Shown here: positions 52,559-61,834 of the stretch, piece after piece
Position numbering within the stretch: the stretch's first letter is position 1
Layout of the letters: the number at the start of each line of letters is the position of its first letter
From: a virus
Taxonomy: Duplodnaviria > Caudoviricetes
Direction: 5' to 3' (one strand)
Length of the DNA stretch: 64,000 nt
IMG/VR virus record: IMGVR_UViG_3300017700_000931
Location: 288,001-352,000 of that record
Program-made: the position numbers and the translations under genes
Notes under the pieces: model-generated
Seen by the model: only the letters and a program-made list of their open reading frames with translations
What the model was told of the DNA's origin: nothing
The model's database searches: none

Positions 52559-53032
52559 CTAATTTTGGTCATTAGTAAAGAATTGTGATGGTATCATAGA
52601 CCTATCAGCCATATCTCGACGTAATCTATTCATCATATCATTTAAATCCTGTATTCTTTGGATTTCTGGTGTTCTATCTTCTCTACCAATCGCTTGTGCT
52701 TGGTATACATAATCTAAGTGAAATAAATTTCCATGTGGTATTGCCATGGGTTGGACATCTATGACATCGTCTATATATGATGTCCAACCCCTTGGATGGC
52801 GTTTTAATGACCAAAAACCCTCCATATCAAAAGTGGTGCAGATATCATAAATATAAATTTCAATACAAGCCCTAGCTGTAATTTGACTTATATCAAACAT
52901 TTCGGTTATTTCATCTAATAATTCGTTTGAATAGATTTTATTTTTCTTCTCATAATCTCGAATAGTATTAATGTCTGGATAATGACTTACCCAATAATTT
53001 TCTGACAAATATTTTATTACTAATTCTTCCAT
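52559..53032 (-). CDS. YL..xY family member with capsid-like VQPM motif
   Basis: VIKYLSENY..ITEMFDI; DVQPMAIPHGNLFHLDYVY. Confidence 0.6.
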   Translation of the reverse strand: MEELVIKYLSENYWVSHYPDINTIRDYEKKNKIYSNELLDEITEMFDISQITARACIEIYIYDICTTFDMEGFWSLKRHPRGWTSYIDDVIDVQPMAIPHGNLFHLDYVYQAQAIGREDRTPEIQRIQDLNDMMNRLRRDMADRSMIPSQFFTNDQN

Positions 53033-53035
53033 TGA

Positions 53036-53332
53036 TTATAAATCAAATAGATTAAAGGTAAGTTGATAAACTGAATTATTTGTTTTAAAAGTAATATCGG
53101 TGTCAGTCTCCTTTATAATTTCTACAATCCGTGATGTTCTGAATAAACAATTCATTTCTTCATCTTCATAAAAATAGAAAGCTTTACCAACTTCTGGTTT
53201 TTCAATAAAGAATCCAGTTTTTGATGAATTACCTGCACTAGAATCTGGATACTCAGCATTATCTGATACACCTAATTTGACAATAATACCATATGTTTTC
53301 ATAACTATAAATCTAATAAAAATTGACCACAA
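53036..53332 (-). CDS. Hypothetical protein
   Basis: FRTS.I.EI....I.FKT.NSVY.L pattern. Confidence 0.55.
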   Translation of the reverse strand: MWSIFIRFIVMKTYGIIVKLGVSDNAEYPDSSAGNSSKTGFFIEKPEVGKAFYFYEDEEMNCLFRTSRIVEIIKETDTDITFKTNNSVYQLTFNLFDL

Positions 53333-54156
53333 CTTGAACCGATATCGATACCCGGTGGTTCATAATATTCAACCTTGTTTTCACAGCTAGATAAATAATC
53401 CATGTGTGTTTTGATTAATGAAACAGAGGTTGCTTTAGTATCTAACGTATCTTTCTCAGAATATCGCATAAATTTAATTGTGCAGTACTTTGGGATTAAT
53501 TGAGCTAAGGTTACGATATCCGATTTGGAATCATTAACACCATCCATTATTGTATAATGTACTTCAATAGGATTACCAGTTATTTCATGATAAAATTTTA
53601 ATGCACTAAGTGATGCATCAATGTTTAATGCTGCTGGCATCCATTCTTTTCGTTGTGTATCATCAACAAAATGCAATGATAAATGTATCTTTAAATTTAA
53701 ACCATTATAATTTGCACGTTCGACCAATTGGAAGAATTCAACCCATCTCTTTTTTGGGAGCATTGTTGCTAAACCAAATCTGATTCTATCAACGCCGTAT
53801 TCTTTTGATAATAACACCATACTGTTGATTACACCAATGATATTATCTAAAGGCTCACCGCAACCCATATAGGATATTAAAATAGTTCTATCACCCAATT
53901 TTAAATCTTCAATGATGTACTTAGTACCCTCTATGATTTCATCGGCAGTCATATCCTTCAAAGAAATTTTTCCGATATGGTCAGTTAGGTGACAAAACTT
54001 ACAACTCATGTTACACATGGTTTGACATGGAACACAAATAATATCTTTTCCAGAATTATTGTCGATATACGAAAATTCAACAATTTGATTGTTAAGTTGA
54101 AAAATGTATTTGATTGTTTTATCTACTGTAGACTGAACTTTATTTTTTAACTCCAT
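53305..54156 (-). CDS. rlmN: RlmN/Cfr-family radical SAM RNA methyltransferase, N-terminally short
   Basis: IICVPCQTM-CNMSCKFC; MGCGEP; SLH; C-terminal DIGSSCGQ. Confidence 0.8.
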   Translation of the reverse strand: MELKNKVQSTVDKTIKYIFQLNNQIVEFSYIDNNSGKDIICVPCQTMCNMSCKFCHLTDHIGKISLKDMTADEIIEGTKYIIEDLKLGDRTILISYMGCGEPLDNIIGVINSMVLLSKEYGVDRIRFGLATMLPKKRWVEFFQLVERANYNGLNLKIHLSLHFVDDTQRKEWMPAALNIDASLSALKFYHEITGNPIEVHYTIMDGVNDSKSDIVTLAQLIPKYCTIKFMRYSEKDTLDTKATSVSLIKTHMDYLSSCENKVEYYEPPGIDIGSSCGQFLLDL

Positions 54157-54733
54157 GTTTTCCTAGTATATTAATATTCCAAATTATTACGATAAATGAA
54201 TGTAGTATCTGTGATATGGCCATACCATTGAATACCTTAATGAAAATTAATGGTAAAATAATCATTATCACACTTATTATTAAATGATTTAACCACTCCC
54301 TGTAATGGAACTCCTTTCTATTAAGAAAAGCCATCAGGAATATTATTAATGGATATGTAGTAAAATAAATTACAGCTGGTATATTATGTAATAAATCATA
54401 TTTAACTGTTGGGAATAATCCGACCATCAATAAACAAATCGATGGAATTATAAATAATCCATAAAACAATTTTTTACTAACCATTCTTTGATGGTTATGA
54501 ATCCAGTAAATAACATTAAATAAAATCGCTAATGATACAAGAACCACTGATGTATTCCAAATCCAACCTATCTCACTGGCACCCCAAGCAGAAACTTGTA
54601 TCTCTGTTATTTCAAGGTCAGTAGTTGTCCAGCATAGCATTACTACGAGTGTAAATACAAAGACAGTTACTATCATTTGTAACTGTCTTATCTTACCTAC
54701 TAAGGCACTCCTTAATGAATCATTTTTTTTCAT
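54140..54733 (-). CDS. Multi-pass membrane protein (DUF998-like)
   Basis: Six hydrophobic segments; IS.WGA, GLFP, LHN.PA..YF. Confidence 0.55.
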   Translation of the reverse strand: MKKNDSLRSALVGKIRQLQMIVTVFVFTLVVMLCWTTTDLEITEIQVSAWGASEIGWIWNTSVVLVSLAILFNVIYWIHNHQRMVSKKLFYGLFIIPSICLLMVGLFPTVKYDLLHNIPAVIYFTTYPLIIFLMAFLNRKEFHYREWLNHLIISVIMIILPLIFIKVFNGMAISQILHSFIVIIWNINILGKHGVKK

Positions 54734-54743
54734 CTTAACCCAT

Positions 54744-55277
54744 TTAGGATTTTGTTTTTGGCTTAAGGAACATATTCATTTTTTTACCATCAATCGTTGG
54801 CATACTTTCAACCGTAGCATATTCCTCCAATGCAACAGCAAGTTCTAAAAGAAGTTTTTCACCTCGTTCTTTGTATGTCATTTCTCGACCTTTGAAGAAC
54901 ACAAATACTTTAACCTTATGTCCCTTCTCAAGGAACCCGATAATGTGTTTGGTTTTAAAGGCCAAATCATTGGCATCAGTATTCGGAGTAAACCGGACCT
55001 CTTTCATTGGTTTTGGTTTGCTTTGTGTTTTTTTACTTAACTCATAAAGATACTTTGAATAATCCATCAATTTAACAATTGGTGGACTAACACTAGCTGA
55101 AACTAGAACCAAATCTTTATCTTGAGATTCAGCTAACCTAATTGCTTCATTAAATGACATCACTTCCGGTTCTTCACCTTCAATAACTAATTTAACCTCA
55201 GTGGCTTTAATTTCTCTATTGATTAAATGAGGATTTTTTTTAACCTCCCTCGATGGTTTATTGTGGCCTTTCGACAT
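54744..55277 (-). CDS. infC: Translation initiation factor IF-3
   Basis: INREIKA.EV; DLV.VS...PPIVKLMDYSKY.YE; KEVRF.P.TD.ND; GHKVK..FKGRE. Confidence 0.95.
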   Translation of the reverse strand: MSKGHNKPSREVKKNPHLINREIKATEVKLVIEGEEPEVMSFNEAIRLAESQDKDLVLVSASVSPPIVKLMDYSKYLYELSKKTQSKPKPMKEVRFTPNTDANDLAFKTKHIIGFLEKGHKVKVFVFFKGREMTYKERGEKLLLELAVALEEYATVESMPTIDGKKMNMFLKPKTKS

Positions 55278-55731
55278 CTTTTTCTTCTATTATTTGAGTT
55301 ATAAAATCTAAGCATTCAACTTGAGTGTAATGAAGTAGATTTCTAGCTTCATCAATGGTTACCCATCTATGGTCATCCATCTCAGGTAAGCCTACATTCC
55401 ATTTTGATTTTTTATCAATGATTGAATTACATTTGAAAACAAATTCATCAGAATTAATCTTAGGATTTTCAATCTCTAAAGCAATAAATGGTTTTAATTT
55501 TTTCTTACCATGCTTATATTTGATTGTATCTAATTCATACCATTTAGTGACCTCACCTAAATCAACATTGGTTTCTTCCCAAGTCTCTCTTAATGCGGCA
55601 CTAAGTGAATCCTCATTTTTCTCTAGCTTACCCTTTGGGATTGACCAAAAGTCATGTCCCGTTGGGTGTGCTATTAATAGTTTTGAGTCTTTATTTATAA
55701 AAAAGATTCCGGCGGTTTCTACTATTGCCAT
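55258..55731 (-). CDS. NUDIX hydrolase
   Basis: PKGKLEKNEDSLSAALRETWEETN; PEMD..RW. Confidence 0.9.
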   Translation of the reverse strand: MAIVETAGIFFINKDSKLLIAHPTGHDFWSIPKGKLEKNEDSLSAALRETWEETNVDLGEVTKWYELDTIKYKHGKKKLKPFIALEIENPKINSDEFVFKCNSIIDKKSKWNVGLPEMDDHRWVTIDEARNLLHYTQVECLDFITQIIEEKDVERPQ

Positions 55732-55746
55732 TATGTGATAATTTGT

Positions 55747-56061
55747 TTAATAACAAGCATACCAAAGTGACCATCTGCAATACCATGAATATCCTTCATA
55801 CCATTGAGAGTACCAACCATTAGGCCCCCAAACGTTAACATACCCACTGTAATACTCACTGTACCATTGTGTGTCTCTACAAAATTTCTGGTATATTGGA
55901 TTACCGTAGTAATCATAACCAACAATTTCATATTGCCATTCAGTCCAACTTTGACCTTGATTCTGATAATACTGGCCAGTGTTCCAACCACTTTGTGATA
56001 TTGCAATTGTACTTAATAATACAAGCGTCAAAGATAATAATAAATTTTTAATCATTTTCAT
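55747..56061 (-). CDS. Secreted Trp/Tyr-rich small protein
   Basis: Signal peptide ..TIAIS/Q; mature part rich in W, Y, G, Q with three Cys. Confidence 0.6.
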   Translation of the reverse strand: MKMIKNLLLSLTLVLLSTIAISQSGWNTGQYYQNQGQSWTEWQYEIVGYDYYGNPIYQKFCRDTQWYSEYYSGYVNVWGPNGWYSQWYEGYSWYCRWSLWYACY

Positions 56062-56075
56062 TTTTTTATAAAATT

Positions 56076-57329
56076 TTATCCACCAACAATAAACCCTTCG
56101 CTTATTGATTTATCATCAGGCATTGGCATTGACATATCAGGCATATCAGATATTCCACTTGCCATTTTTTCAAGTTTAATACTGATAGATTTCTTTTTCT
56201 TAGCTCGTTTAGGGTCAAGATTCATCAATCTACTAAGCTTATCGTTTGTTTGTAAGTTGTTAGCATTTGAACCGTTGTCACCCCAAGCATAGTTGTAATG
56301 TGTACCGTATGATTTAATTACTTTGAAAATAATTCTATCAGTAATACTAGATTCACCATTTTCATCTTCAGTAACAATATTAACTGCGACAGTATCTGGA
56401 CCTAATATTTCATCAATCATACCGATGCTTTTATTATTGATTTCAAACCAATAATTTGAATGTTCATCAACACTGTATTCTGGTCTTGGATAGATATTTG
56501 CATTATCTGCCAACATACCCAAATCCTTACCGTTTTCATCAAGTTCGTAAATTTTATATTTACCCTCAATTTTAGAAACATTGAATACATCACCGAATTC
56601 AAATGGAGATTCATTGTGGATGTTAACCTCATTGATAATTGCTTTAACAATATCAACAGTAATCAAAGATAATCCGGTCATGAACTTCATGCACTCATCT
56701 TTAAATTCAGGATAAACAAGAATGTCATCAATAATTTCTTCAACAACACTAGGTGATAAATCTTCGAATTTTTTAATATAACGAAGTCTTGATGGTCTTT
56801 CTTTAAGATTATCCTCAATGTGAAGTTTGTTTGTTGTTAACAAGAACATTCTTCTATATTGAGAATTCATCGCACCATCCATGATAGTCAACATATCATT
56901 TGATGTACCATAAATTTTTTCATATTCATCGATGAAAATAGTAATGTTTTGTGGAATGCTATTAAGAAAATATTGTACTCCCTCATAAGCCTTACTTACA
57001 ACAATAGTTGGTTGATTAAGGCGATTAGCAAGAATCTTACTAGAAACAGTTTTACCAGTTCCCTTAACACCATTAAGCAATAATCCAAGATTACCTGAAT
57101 TAGTTGTTGTATAGGTTTTCATAACCCTATCAATCAATTTTGATTCAAGACCATAAATTTTATAGTCAAATGTAAAACTTTCGCAAACTTCCGTCAAAAA
57201 GAATTGACCTGTTTGTGGATTCACATTAACAGTATAAACGATGTTTCTTAATTCTTCATGCTCAACTGATGGTGTAGTTAAATAAAAACACCCATTATGT
57301 TCGGCCCAGATTTTTCTTTTTAATTTCAT
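56076..57329 (-). CDS. AAA+ ATPase (BCS1-like layout)
   Basis: GVKGTGKT; IFIDEYEK; LTTN; RPSRL. Confidence 0.9.
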   Translation of the reverse strand: MKLKRKIWAEHNGCFYLTTPSVEHEELRNIVYTVNVNPQTGQFFLTEVCESFTFDYKIYGLESKLIDRVMKTYTTTNSGNLGLLLNGVKGTGKTVSSKILANRLNQPTIVVSKAYEGVQYFLNSIPQNITIFIDEYEKIYGTSNDMLTIMDGAMNSQYRRMFLLTTNKLHIEDNLKERPSRLRYIKKFEDLSPSVVEEIIDDILVYPEFKDECMKFMTGLSLITVDIVKAIINEVNIHNESPFEFGDVFNVSKIEGKYKIYELDENGKDLGMLADNANIYPRPEYSVDEHSNYWFEINNKSIGMIDEILGPDTVAVNIVTEDENGESSITDRIIFKVIKSYGTHYNYAWGDNGSNANNLQTNDKLSRLMNLDPKRAKKKKSISIKLEKMASGISDMPDMSMPMPDDKSISEGFIVGG

Positions 57330-57382
57330 ATGTTTCTTAATATTTTCACAAAGTTATATTTAAATTTTCGTACTCACAATGA

Positions 57383-58051
57383 TTATTTAAATATTTCTTT
57401 TAATTTTTCTTCAAGCATTTCTTCAATACCAGCAAATTCAATTATCTCTGATAGATTTATATCAATCTGAGCACCATTAATAAGAACATAACTACCTTTA
57501 TGGATACCAGCATCTTCACAATCTACATCGAAATTAATTTTAAACCCACCATTTTCTTTTTTGATAACAACATTAATCGCTTTTTCGCTATTCATAATAT
57601 ACTCAGTACACTCTTTAAAGATAGTACTAAATTCATTAGGTGTTATTGGGTAGACCATTTTAGGTAAAATACCCATTTCTTCAAGCATAATTTCAACTCT
57701 AACCCAATCAATGTACGGTCTATCTACACCATTATCTATCAACGGCGCACCAAGTGCTGCATCATCAATATAAAGTTGACCATATGCTTTAGGAGATGAT
57801 GTCCAACTTTTTTGTGTTGGGTTCGTGTTGACACCATACAATGGAATTCCTTTTTCTTTAAACCAATTCTCAGCATCCTTTAATTCTTTACCAGAACGCA
57901 TAGTAAATAAAATTAGTCTGTGACCCATTTGTACTAATCTATTCAAAACCGGAACTGCGCCAACATCCCTACCAACCCTTGGGTATTCGTGGGTTACTGG
58001 TGTTCCATCGAAATCTACACAGATTTCTAAAAAATCTTTTTTTCTACTCAT
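57383..58051 (-). CDS. HAD-superfamily hydrolase
   Basis: CVDFDGT; LFTMR; K; YIDD. Confidence 0.8.
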   Translation of the reverse strand: MSRKKDFLEICVDFDGTPVTHEYPRVGRDVGAVPVLNRLVQMGHRLILFTMRSGKELKDAENWFKEKGIPLYGVNTNPTQKSWTSSPKAYGQLYIDDAALGAPLIDNGVDRPYIDWVRVEIMLEEMGILPKMVYPITPNEFSTIFKECTEYIMNSEKAINVVIKKENGGFKINFDVDCEDAGIHKGSYVLINGAQIDINLSEIIEFAGIEEMLEEKLKEIFK

Positions 58052-58371
58052 ATAATCTTTTTTTCTTTGTTAAATCGAATTAATAAACTATTCACACATG
58101 TAATTGCCTTTCGCATTTCTTCATATGTAGTTGGTGCATCAATTACAATATAACCTATTTCTTCATCGGTAGCATTCTCACAAAACCAATTAAGTTCCTC
58201 GTCATTAATTCGCCACTGTTGTTTTATTGCATCATCAAATACATCGGTAATGCCACCACGTCCTTTGAATATAATATCCTCTCTATTTTTTCTACTCAAT
58301 CTAGTCATTATAATATTATTTAAACGTTGTGAATTCACCATCAATAAAATTGATGTGTTGTGAACGCCCAT
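58048..58371 (-). CDS. Hypothetical protein
   Basis: ORF; probable start MTRLSRK. Confidence 0.5.
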   Translation of the reverse strand: MGVHNTSILLMVNSQRLNNIIMTRLSRKNREDIIFKGRGGITDVFDDAIKQQWRINDEELNWFCENATDEEIGYIVIDAPTTYEEMRKAITCVNSLLIRFNKEKKII

Positions 58372-59896
58372 CGTTATGTATGATTACATGTGATTGCAAC
58401 CAGCTACTTGCACCACGGTTATATCCCACACGCAATTTAGTGGAGGTACCAACTGATAATGCACCATCTTTACGACCCGGAGAGTGGTAATGTCCTACAA
58501 TAATTTTTGTATTCAATTTTCTAAATTGAAGCAATGACCCACGACTTCCATTGGAACCAATATCGCCATGTTGTCCAAGTTCCCAACCCTTAACCAAATA
58601 AGATGCACTTCGTCCAAGCGTAATGAATTTTGGGAATTTCTCATTTATAATACTTGGAATAACACCAATTACATTGTGTGGATTAATAGCATATTGTTCC
58701 AACAACTTATCACTCAATTTCATGTATAATCTAGAGTTCTTAAATGTTGGTTGTTTTTTCCAATCTTCATTTTCGAGCCATCTATCAAGAAAATCATCAT
58801 GGTTACTTCTAACGATAACAACATTATCAAATTTCTCGAATGCTTTCAATCCCTCAATCATATTATCCAATTCCTTACCTAAGTCATTAGTCCCAGCAAC
58901 CTCTTTACCGTATTGAATAAATGCATTCTTCATTTCATGATGGCTAATAGAATTACCATCAAAAACATCATGAAGAATCACATGTGTTGGTTTTATTTTC
59001 TTAAGCATCTGCATTGACGCATCAAGCGTTTTTTGGTCATGGTGACCATAGTGAATATCACCAAAGACAATCCCAGCTATACTATCAATTTTATTAACAC
59101 CATTACCATCTACCTTATAATATAAATCAGTAAAATCACCTGTTTTATCATCAGCGGTTACTTGTCTTACGAAGAATGTTTTATCATCTTTAATTTCGAC
59201 AATTACAAAACCAAATGTGTGATGGAAATCACCAACTTTACCACTCTTAGAATCAGTATAATTTTTTTGAGTGCAAGCACCTGTGGTAAGCATCATTTTA
59301 GGTTTACAACCTTCCAGAACCGGAATCATTTCAAGTTGAACCTTTGGGTGTCCAAATATACATGAGTTAATACCACTTAAGGCATTCATACCAGTCATTG
59401 GATTAACCGCTGTTGGTTGAATTTTGATATCAGATAAAATCGAAACATATTTATGGATATCATGTCGATTAGCATCCAAATATTTTACTAGACTACTATC
59501 CCAAAATTCTTCTTCATTTTGTTGTTCGGACCAAAGAGATGTCGGATTTTTATATCTACCAGCAATAACTAAAAGTTCTGCTTTATGAAATTCCGCATAT
59601 GCTTCCATACGCTTTAAGAAACCCTTATGTACTGGAGTATTATTTTGTGCATAAGTAACCATGAATTTTTTGGTATTCTTACCTAGTGTTCTCTTCTTGG
59701 CCTCTTCATATTGAGCAGATTCAATCTCCTCTTGTTTTGTAAGGCTTAATTTCTTAGCCCAATTTCTGACAGTTTTTTCATCTTTATCAATAAAGTTGGA
59801 CAGTGTTCTCATTCTTTCATCCCACTTTAGCGATTGATTCCAGTAAATTTGTTTGAAATAATTTTTATCCTTGTCAGTTAATTCTTTAAATTTCAT
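58316..59896 (-). CDS. HTH + calcineurin-like metallophosphoesterase (526 aa)
   Basis: N-terminal ..EKTVRNW; GDIHYGH, LHDVFDG, SNHDD, QHGD, GHYHS. Confidence 0.75.
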   Translation of the reverse strand: MKFKELTDKDKNYFKQIYWNQSLKWDERMRTLSNFIDKDEKTVRNWAKKLSLTKQEEIESAQYEEAKKRTLGKNTKKFMVTYAQNNTPVHKGFLKRMEAYAEFHKAELLVIAGRYKNPTSLWSEQQNEEEFWDSSLVKYLDANRHDIHKYVSILSDIKIQPTAVNPMTGMNALSGINSCIFGHPKVQLEMIPVLEGCKPKMMLTTGACTQKNYTDSKSGKVGDFHHTFGFVIVEIKDDKTFFVRQVTADDKTGDFTDLYYKVDGNGVNKIDSIAGIVFGDIHYGHHDQKTLDASMQMLKKIKPTHVILHDVFDGNSISHHEMKNAFIQYGKEVAGTNDLGKELDNMIEGLKAFEKFDNVVIVRSNHDDFLDRWLENEDWKKQPTFKNSRLYMKLSDKLLEQYAINPHNVIGVIPSIINEKFPKFITLGRSASYLVKGWELGQHGDIGSNGSRGSLLQFRKLNTKIIVGHYHSPGRKDGALSVGTSTKLRVGYNRGASSWLQSHVIIHNDGRSQHINFIDGEFTTFK

Positions 59897-59978
59897 CAAT
59901 GTGTTTTTAACATCTATGTTATTGTTCAGCGAAAATACACAAAAAATTACCACCTCACAAGTAATTTAAAGTAAAAAA

Positions 59979-60012
59979 AAAAAACCTATGTAAAGCTTTA
60001 CATAGGTTTTTT
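59979..60012. terminator. Perfect 34-bp palindrome / terminator
   Basis: AAAAAACCTATGTAAAG|CTTTACATAGGTTTTTT. Confidence 0.75.
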
Positions 60013-60020
60013 AAATTATT

Positions 60021-60851
60021 TTAATCCATATCGGGACAAGGAATTGTCTTTATTAATGAGTTTAGATATTCTCTGTCTTGTGTGAATATTGGTGTGTCGT
60101 AATCAACGAGCCATCTCTTACGTATAACAGTAGCATCAGGTTCAATTGTATTTAATGCCTGACCATTGCTAATCGGCACCTCAACATCAAACTTACGAAT
60201 GATGACACCTCTTTTTTGTTGAACAGAATAATCATTCCAATTCACACCTTTATCCATCATCATGTCTTGTTTTTCTGAACCGGATTTACCATCAAGTGCC
60301 TTGTGTGAATATAATGCACTAGCGGCCATACTAACTGAATTTCTAGTAGCGTCTTGCTGACGGTGTACAAAATAATTACCAACTTCTCTGAAATCAGGAA
60401 TGATAAAAACCCTAGAATCAAAAATGGTTTCGTAAATAGCTTTACCATTAATTATTGACAACATAAAATCACCCATGTCAATATCATTTTCTTCCGCATC
60501 TAGAATCAGCATTTTTTTATTAAATGATACTGCTGCCTTCGATGCAGTAAGAGAACATAATTTTTGTACCTTACCATCAAACATTTGTTGTGCCTCAATA
60601 CCAAAGTCAGTAAAGACCAAACTAATTTCATCTGATTGGGTGTAAGCGAAGTCTGGGTTGAAATACTTGCACATTTCTAATGCAGCATAATTCATAGATT
60701 CAGAAAATTTATCATCAAATGGTTTAACCATTTTTTTAGTAAATTTTGAAAATCCCTTTCCATCAACCCTTACTATTGTGTAAGTCCTAGGTGGTATTAA
60801 TACACTGTATGACGCTTCATACCTTTTAAATCTATCTGCTGCACTTTTCAT
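60021..60851 (-). CDS. thg1: tRNA(His) guanylyltransferase Thg1-like protein
   Basis: IVRVDGKGFSKFT; YTQSDEISL; FDGKVQKL; FDSR; RQQDATRNS. Confidence 0.92.
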   Translation of the reverse strand: MKSAADRFKRYEASYSVLIPPRTYTIVRVDGKGFSKFTKKMVKPFDDKFSESMNYAALEMCKYFNPDFAYTQSDEISLVFTDFGIEAQQMFDGKVQKLCSLTASKAAVSFNKKMLILDAEENDIDMGDFMLSIINGKAIYETIFDSRVFIIPDFREVGNYFVHRQQDATRNSVSMAASALYSHKALDGKSGSEKQDMMMDKGVNWNDYSVQQKRGVIIRKFDVEVPISNGQALNTIEPDATVIRKRWLVDYDTPIFTQDREYLNSLIKTIPCPDMD

Positions 60852-61275
60852 TTCGTTCTGTTTTGTTCTTCTTTTTTATAATTTTTTTCAATTTCATCCT
60901 GTGCTGCTAATGGTTCACCAATTAAATCACGAATACCACTTGCATAGATGGTTGTTGCATAAGTACATAAATCACACCTATATCTTTTAACACCAGACCG
61001 AGCTTTTGGTCTAGTTAATCTTCTTTTCTTCGCAGTTACGGCCTTAACCAACTCCATTGGTTGATTACATATTAAACATTTAGGAATCATAATTATGGTT
61101 CTAAATCACTTAAACATATGTTACCACTCAACAATCCAATTAGTGTTTCTGATTCTTCAATATCTGTAGATTCAGTAGTGAACTGTTTGCCATTTTCATC
61201 ATACCATTCAATTGTTGCCCTAAATCTTGGTTTACCATTTTCATCGTTACCAACATTGTAATTATTTGCATCCAT
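60848..61275 (-). CDS. Small Zn-finger (60848-61090) and hypothetical (61093-61275)
   Basis: CLIC..CDLC. Confidence 0.55.
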
Positions 61276-61276
61276 A

Positions 61277-61834
61277 TTAACTTACGTTTTCTAATTCTTT
61301 ATTAGCAACACAAAGAGATTTTATTTTCTTAATTGCCGATGAATATCTTGCATGCCCACACTCATGTGATATACCACATTTTTTTGAAGCTACAGTAATA
61401 GCAAACCCATCAATAGAATGCATATTAAAGATGGTTCGTTGTCCAATACTTAATGACTCCATTGCTAATAGGATATCACTTATTTCTATGTTATTTAATT
61501 TGAAAGCAGTGTCCGATACTTCAGGTATGTCTTCTAAAATAAAATCAGATTCAATTTCTTTAAGTGCACCAGTTTTTTTAATTGATGCAATGTGTTCATC
61601 AATCATTAATTTTTTAAACCAAGTGATAAAATGTTTTTCTGTTGTACCATTAAATCTTTTAATCAAATTAAAAGCTAAAATGAAACCATTAGTGGCCATG
61701 TCTTCAGCCATCTTATTGTCACCACAATATCTAATACAAATACCCTTAATTTTAGGGTAGTATTTTTCAAATAATATTTGTTGTAGTAATGAGTCTTTAA
61801 TCTTACAACCGTTAATGATGTCTACTAATTCCAT
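61277..61834 (-). CDS. ECF-type sigma factor
   Basis: LFEKYY..ICIRYCGD..AEDM..GF..F..W; region 4 R.IF.MH.IDGF. Confidence 0.8.
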   Translation of the reverse strand: MELVDIINGCKIKDSLLQQILFEKYYPKIKGICIRYCGDNKMAEDMATNGFILAFNLIKRFNGTTEKHFITWFKKLMIDEHIASIKKTGALKEIESDFILEDIPEVSDTAFKLNNIEISDILLAMESLSIGQRTIFNMHSIDGFAITVASKKCGISHECGHARYSSAIKKIKSLCVANKELENVS

